Assembly (NCBI GenBank): GCA_963713045.1
Contig: CAVQKE010000004.1
Span: 608,001-672,000 of the forward strand
DNA: 64,000 nucleotides
Reading direction: 5' to 3'
Source of the DNA: an uncultured delta proteobacterium
GTDB lineage: Bacteria > Myxococcota > Myxococcia > Myxococcales > Myxococcaceae
Shown here piece by piece: positions 59,302 to 64,000 of the stretch. The position numbers and the translations under genes were made by a program. Numbering within the stretch: position 1 is the stretch's first letter; every line of letters begins with the position of its first letter. Below the pieces are notes generated by a model. The model saw only the letters and a list, made by a program, of their open reading frames with translations, did no database searches and had not been told where the DNA came from.

Positions 59302-60783
59302 TCACCGTCTCTGAAAAACGGCCAGCCAGGCGCGTGCCGCCGGCTCGAGTCCCCCGGGTAAGCTGCTCTTGGTCCAGTGGATGAGCTCGAAGTTCGGCGC
59401 GAAGAGCGACTGCAGGTCACTTGCACCGTAACGGATGGTTCGTAGCTCGCGTGGCTCGTCCCGGCGGTGAAGCTTGAGAATCAACCGCGCGCCGGGCTGC
59501 GTCCTCGATTGGACTGCGGCGGCGTAGCGTCGGGCGCCCTCTGTATCCAAAGTATGGAGGCAGCCCCGGTCGAGCACAACGTCGAAGGACCCGGCGAGGT
59601 GAGAGTCGCGAACGTCGTCCACCTCGAACCGGGCCTCTTCCCCATTGGAGCGAGCTCGGGCGAGCTCAACCGCCGTGGGAGAAATGTCGGTAGCGGTCAC
59701 CGAAAACCCGAGCTTCGCCGCCGCCCGCGCAGCACTGCCCAGACCGGCGCCCACCTCCCAGAGTGTGGCCGGTCTTGGGACGCGCTCCAGCTCCTCGGCC
59801 AAGTCGGTGTCGAGCAGCTCGCTATGGAAGGCCAGTTGCTCTGGGGCCGTCCCCTTGTACTGCGCCTCCCAGGCAACTCCGGCTTCGCTGGCGCCGAGTA
59901 CTTCCTCTGCACGCTGGCGGGCGCGACGCCAGAGGTAATCGGTCACCGCAATGATGTCCTCACCGGCTGGCAAGCTCCCGTAACGGGGCTGGCGCTCCAT
60001 CGGCGCGTCGGCGACCTCGGTGCCGAAGGATGGATGCAGGACGCAGAAGCCGTCGCTCGTCAACTGTGACACGTTCCGTGCAATCGGCCTGGCATCGAGC
60101 ATTGCCCCATTCATGGACGGTGCAATCAGCACCGGTGCCCGCGTGGAAAGCGCAAGAGCGGACACCAGGTCGGAGCAGTCTCCTCGGGCGATTCGTGAAA
60201 GGGTCGTCGCGCTCGCCGGTGCCACCAACACCACCTCCGCCCAGTTGGCCCAGTCGATGTGCGGCGCCGGAACTTCGGGAGCTGCCGACCATAGGCTTGA
60301 ACGAACAGCTTGCTGGGTCAGCGCTCGTAATGCTCCGACGCTGACGAACTTCCGCGCCGCCGGCGTGAGCGCAATCCGCACCTCGAATCCTCGCGTGAGA
60401 AAGCGTTCGACGAGCATTGGCGTGTGCGCGGCGGCGATGGCTCCGCTGACGCCGAGGACCAGCCGCCCGCATGTCTTGTCGGGGTCAGGGATGGTCTCCC
60501 GGTGGACGCGACCGATAGACCTAGTCTGCAGGAGGATGCCCAGTGCTTCCTCAACCACGCCGCGACCCTCGGACGTGCCCTCAGCAACCAAGTCAAGCTG
60601 CGCCAACAGCTGCTCGACCGTGTGAGGCGAGCGAAGAGCGCGAAGCATCTCTCGGATAAGCAACGCGGACTCGCCGCGAAATTCGCGCGCCGTCCCATCA
60701 GCCCCAATGACGGTTGTGGCGTCGCCGGAGTCGAAGGCCCGTACGGATGGACGCCGTCGGAAAACGTCAGTCGCCTCGTTCAC
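59302..60783 (-). CDS. Fusion protein: putative RRE/wHTH + HFCD flavoprotein (LanD/PPC-decarboxylase family) + class I SAM methyltransferase
   Basis: HFCD motifs LVLGVSGAIAA, TPAARKFV, PHIDWA, APASATTLSRIA, APSMNGAM; MTase motifs WEVGAGLG, TDISPTAV, FDVVLDRGCLH; N-terminal ~92 aa with a strand-then-helix pattern. Confidence 0.85.
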   Translation of the reverse strand: MNEATDVFRRRPSVRAFDSGDATTVIGADGTAREFRGESALLIREMLRALRSPHTVEQLLAQLDLVAEGTSEGRGVVEEALGILLQTRSIGRVHRETIPDPDKTCGRLVLGVSGAIAAAHTPMLVERFLTRGFEVRIALTPAARKFVSVGALRALTQQAVRSSLWSAAPEVPAPHIDWANWAEVVLVAPASATTLSRIARGDCSDLVSALALSTRAPVLIAPSMNGAMLDARPIARNVSQLTSDGFCVLHPSFGTEVADAPMERQPRYGSLPAGEDIIAVTDYLWRRARQRAEEVLGASEAGVAWEAQYKGTAPEQLAFHSELLDTDLAEELERVPRPATLWEVGAGLGSAARAAAKLGFSVTATDISPTAVELARARSNGEEARFEVDDVRDSHLAGSFDVVLDRGCLHTLDTEGARRYAAAVQSRTQPGARLILKLHRRDEPRELRTIRYGASDLQSLFAPNFELIHWTKSSLPGGLEPAARAWLAVFQRR

Positions 60784-60828
60784 CGACTTCCTTCCCTCGG
60801 AGCGGCCGGACCGGCCGCACCAGGCTCA

Positions 60829-61053
60829 TCACGAGATACATTCGCAGACGCCAGCATCCAGGTATGGGACGTATTCGCAGTCCCCATCGCAATCGGCACA
60901 GCCGGAGGAACAGTCTGGGATGCCCGCGTCCGCAAAGGGACCGGAATCCTGGCCGGGGTCACCCGCTTGGCTTGGCGTCCCGCATCCAGAGACCCCGATG
61001 CCAGCCAGAACGGTGACGACCAAGACCTTGGGCAGGGAGAAGCGCTTCCGCAT
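60829..61053 (-). CDS. 74-aa Cys-rich lipoprotein-like peptide, candidate RiPP precursor
   Basis: MRKRFSLPKVLVVTVLAGIGVSG-C lipobox; acidic linker; DCSSGCADCDGDCEYVPYLDAGVCECIS then TGA TGA; 45 nt upstream of the enzyme, same strand. Confidence 0.75.
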   Translation of the reverse strand: MRKRFSLPKVLVVTVLAGIGVSGCGTPSQAGDPGQDSGPFADAGIPDCSSGCADCDGDCEYVPYLDAGVCECIS

Positions 61054-61208
61054 CGCTAGGAAGGCTGCAACAGAACGCGTCCGGTCGCAAGGCGAAGCAA
61101 TTCCGCACGCTTCCGCCGGTCCAGTTTTCGGGGGCCGGCAGGTCAGTCGTTCCTGGCGACGGTCGAGGCCGCCGCCCCGATGTCGGACCTGTTTAGGGCT
61201 GGAATCCC

Positions 61209-61628
61209 TTAGGACTTCGCCTTCTTCGAAGGTTTCGACTTGGCAGAACCGTTGAGGGCGACCGCTTGGCGAACGAGCGCCTTGAAGGCGGACTCGGCAA
61301 CTTCTTCTCCTTCGCGGATGTCGATTGCTCGGCGTGTGTTCCCCTCGAGGCTCGAGTTGAAGAGCCGGGCCGGATCCTTCAAAGACGCGCCCTTGGCGAA
61401 GGTCAGCTTCACGACCTTCTTGTAGGATTCGCCCGTGCAGATGATGCCGTCGTGCGACCAAACCGGAGTGCCCATCCACTTCCACTCCTCGACGACGTGC
61501 GGGTCTGCTTCCTTGATGAGCCGGCGCATTCTGCTGAGGGTTTCCCCTCGCCAGTCTCCGAGTTCTGCGACTCTTTTCGAGATGAGCTCCGGTGCGGACA
61601 GGCCTTGGCTGACGCCCGACTTTTTCAT
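61209..61628 (-). CDS. DUF1801 (YdhG-like) protein
   Basis: LGDWRGETLSRMR.LIKEADP.VVEEWKW.GTPVWSHDGIICTGE, FNSSLEGNTRRAIDI. Confidence 0.88.
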   Translation of the reverse strand: MKKSGVSQGLSAPELISKRVAELGDWRGETLSRMRRLIKEADPHVVEEWKWMGTPVWSHDGIICTGESYKKVVKLTFAKGASLKDPARLFNSSLEGNTRRAIDIREGEEVAESAFKALVRQAVALNGSAKSKPSKKAKS

Positions 61629-61750
61629 GGTCTCATCCTAAAGGTTCCAGGTGCGCTGCATTCGCAAGACAGCGGAGGACAGTCGTCCAAGCTTGAGGGC
61701 AGTGCTACGCCTCCGACGGAGGGAGAGTCCATCTTCGGCCTCGGAAAGGC

Positions 61751-62134
61751 TCAGGCGCTCGCCGGCGTGGCCTGCACGCGGCGCCAGAAGAAGTACGAAA
61801 GCACCCAGAGCACGGCGGTGGCCGCCGCCCAGCCCCACGCCTCCGGCCCGTCGCCCATCGAGAGGTGGGCGATGAGAGCAGAGACGAGGTTGATGGCGAA
61901 GCCGGCGTAGGCCCACTCCTTGAGCCGCGTCGGCACCGGCGCTAGCAGCAGCGCCACGCCGAGGAGCTTGGCCAAGGAGAGCTCAACCCGAAAGTAGGCG
62001 GGGAAGCCGAGGTGGGTGAACGCATCGGCCACCTGCGGTAGGCGCAGTTGCGCGTAGGCGGTGAAGACTATCTGCAAACAGAACAGCGCGGTGACGGTCC
62101 AGAAGGCGACCACCATTCCTTTGAAGCGCGGCAC
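61751..62134 (-). CDS. DoxX-like membrane protein
   Basis: FWTVTALF, FTHLGFPAYFRVEL..AKLLG, RLKEWAYAGF; start uncertain. Confidence 0.85.
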   Translation of the reverse strand: MPRFKGMVVAFWTVTALFCLQIVFTAYAQLRLPQVADAFTHLGFPAYFRVELSLAKLLGVALLLAPVPTRLKEWAYAGFAINLVSALIAHLSMGDGPEAWGWAAATAVLWVLSYFFWRRVQATPASA

Positions 62135-62136
62135 GC

Positions 62137-62703
62137 TCAGGTCCGTGGGCGAGAGGGCCAAGCGGGGGCGTCAACACCGAACTGCTTTGCGTACTCGGCA
62201 TTCAGTCGCTGCCAGCCGCCGAACGTCATGGCCTCGGGGCCGGCGATACGTCCAATGGGCTGACCCGCGAGAAATCGCTCCAGCACATCGAAGCAGATGT
62301 GCCAGCCCGCGGCGCCCATCGAGATGAATCCACGGTTGATGTTGTGCCAGAGAGTCAACCGGGTGCCGCCACCTGCCAGTGGCTCCAGTTCCCAGCGGAT
62401 GTCTTGTCCCCCCCAGTTAAATTCGAGCACCGTGGGCGCGTCGGCGCGCTTCACCTGGGTCTCGGATACATGCAGCTTCGGCGCCCCCACTGTCGAGAGT
62501 CTTGCAGTGCCAACGGCACCCAGGTTCCGGTCCGAATCGAACGGGGCCCATTCGCGGAGATGCTCGGGCTCCGTCAGCGCTCGCCACACCTTGGCCGGAG
62601 GGTGGGAGATGTCGCGGACCAGGACGAGTGTCCACTTCTCTCCGTCTTTTCGAACCTCAGCGCCAGAAGCAGCACCCGGCGCGTATTGCTCACGGCTGCT
62701 CAT
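62137..62703 (-). CDS. SRPBCC/AHSA1 domain protein
   Basis: LVRDISHPPAKVWRALTEPEHLREWAPF, GTRLTLWH, AAGWHICFDVL. Confidence 0.9.
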   Translation of the reverse strand: MSSREQYAPGAASGAEVRKDGEKWTLVLVRDISHPPAKVWRALTEPEHLREWAPFDSDRNLGAVGTARLSTVGAPKLHVSETQVKRADAPTVLEFNWGGQDIRWELEPLAGGGTRLTLWHNINRGFISMGAAGWHICFDVLERFLAGQPIGRIAGPEAMTFGGWQRLNAEYAKQFGVDAPAWPSRPRT

Positions 62704-63037
62704 GTCTTTTCTTTCCTTTCCCAGAGGGCACTTTGTCCATCTTTTCCAAGTGTTGCTCCAGGGCATCGACATGCTTTGACCAGTAGCGCCGGAAGGGAAT
62801 GAGCCATGCGTCGAGCTCCATGAGCGGCTCCGGCCTCAGTCGATAGAGGCGCCGCTGCGCTTCAATGCGTGACTCCACGAACCCGGCCTCGCGCAGCACT
62901 CGCAAATGCTTGGAGACGGACGGCTGCGACACTTGAAGCTCGCGCTCGATTTCGCCAACCGAGCGCTCAGACGACAGCAGCAGACTCAAAATCGCCCGTC
63001 GATTGGGCTCCGCGACGATGGCAAACGATGATTCCAC
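62690..63037 (-). CDS. ArsR/SmtB family transcriptional regulator
   Basis: AEPNRRAIL.LL, SQPSVSKHLRVLREAGFV, AQRRLYRL. Confidence 0.92.
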   Translation of the reverse strand: MESSFAIVAEPNRRAILSLLLSSERSVGEIERELQVSQPSVSKHLRVLREAGFVESRIEAQRRLYRLRPEPLMELDAWLIPFRRYWSKHVDALEQHLEKMDKVPSGKGKKRHEQP

Positions 63038-63082
63038 GGTAGGCATATAGCCGAGCATTTATATTCTCGTCAAGTCATATTA

Positions 63083-63328
63083 TCACCACGCGTTCAGGCG
63101 CTTGCCAAAATGAGGACGTCGCCTTGCCGTCGGCGCGGGGCGACGTCGCGCTGCATTCCCTGCAGCTGCGCCGCCAAGTGGAATCGACGAGCCGAGACGG
63201 CTCTCCATGTCGCGCAGCCGTCTGCCGAGCTTGGATTGACGGACATTCAACGCCTCAGCAGCCTGGCGGAGACTTCGATGCAGTGAGGCGATGATGGCCC
63301 ACCTCAGATCTCGACGTTCGAGCGACAT
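63083..63328 (-). pseudogene. LysR-type regulator remnant (HTH only)
   Basis: HRSLRQAAEALNVRQSKLGRRLRDMESRLG, then loss of similarity. Confidence 0.6.
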
Positions 63329-63381
63329 CGGTCAGTTCCGACACGGACTAAGACAGCAGCGGGACGAGCCGAATCGCGACA

Positions 63382-63915
63382 TTAAGCAGGAACGTACGTC
63401 AACCTGATCGCGTCCTCGGTGATTAGATCGCTGGCCACAAGGTGGAGCGGCGGCCGGGGGCCGGCGAAGAACGGCTTGCCGCGACCCAGCACGACGGGGC
63501 GGAAGTAGAGTCGATACTCATCAATGAGACCAAGGTCGGTCAGGCTTCGCGCCAGGTCTGGTCCGCCAACCTCGATTTCCCCACCGAACTGAGCCTTCAG
63601 CCCGCGTATCGCCACTCTCGAAGTCATCCCCGACAAGCGTGGCGTTGGGGCCGACCGACTTGAACGAGCGCGACACGACCCACTTCGGCTGGCGCCGCCA
63701 CGCCACCGCGAAGTCGCGCTCCTCCGCGCCCCACTCAGGAAGGTCTTCGTCCCAATAACGCATGACCTCGTACATGCGACGGCCGTAGATGCTGCCCGTC
63801 ACGCTCGCGCACCTGCTCGATGAAGTGACGGAAGAGCGCCGGGCTCGGCCTCATTTCAAGGTGGTCGACATAGCCATCCAAGGACTGGTTCAATCCCGAA
63901 GACAAGCCTAGCCAT
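63382..63915 (-). pseudogene. Dihydrofolate reductase/RibD C-terminal family protein with three 1-nt insertions
   Basis: MARLVFG / LNQSLDGYVDH / TGSIYGRRMYEVMRYW / EIEVGGPDLA..GLIDEYRLYFRPVVLGRGKPFF in successive frames; shifts near 63894, 63803 and 63617. Confidence 0.8.
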
Positions 63916-64000
63916 GCACATTTCCTTTCTCACGCCGCGCGCCCGCGTTAGTCTGATTGCGGTATGCAACCGGTTGTACGCTAGATTGAACGGTTTCATA

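Noticed and set aside
59302..60783. Annotation as housekeeping coaBC
   Set aside because: There is no CoaB domain, no clamp Cys motif, and it has extra N-terminal and methyltransferase domains.

Overview
GC-rich bacterial window, most likely from a myxobacterium (Myxococcota). This is inferred from the ATC-start infC with a C-terminal extension, the FHA/PEGA Ser/Thr kinase and the Cys-rich DAG-motif lipoproteins. A core block (tRNA-Val, thrS, infC, rpmI, rplT, pheS, pheT, ihfA, tRNA-Pro; 17.7-28.1 kb) is flanked by accessory DNA. Left of it: an ECF sigma/anti-sigma pair divergent from an exported CHAT (caspase-like) protease; SYLF, MltF and patatin genes; a class D sortase with its LPKTA substrate; and an integrase-less 5.3 kb liv-type ABC transporter island between tRNA-Pro and a degenerate copy of its 3' end. 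Right of it: an LPP20/FlgT/FecR operon; PilZ, FKBP and cold-shock genes; frameshifted ACE-like peptidase and SixA; an eight-gene amidoligase cluster (3 ATP-grasp, 1 divergent ATP-grasp-like, YbdK/GCS2 ligase, GATase, esterase, S8 protease); a kinase/TPR-PEGA/Ig-repeat lipoprotein module; SulP; an Omp85-like barrel; and several small genes. The best candidate for an undescribed system is at 59.3-61.1 kb. There a 74-aa Cys-rich lipoprotein-like peptide lies directly upstream of a three-domain enzyme (putative RRE + LanD-like flavin Cys decarboxylase + thiol-type SAM methyltransferase), suggesting a compact RiPP pathway. Seven apparent single-base frameshifts in five genes may be sequencing indels. 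All family assignments come from motif recognition by eye; no searches were run.
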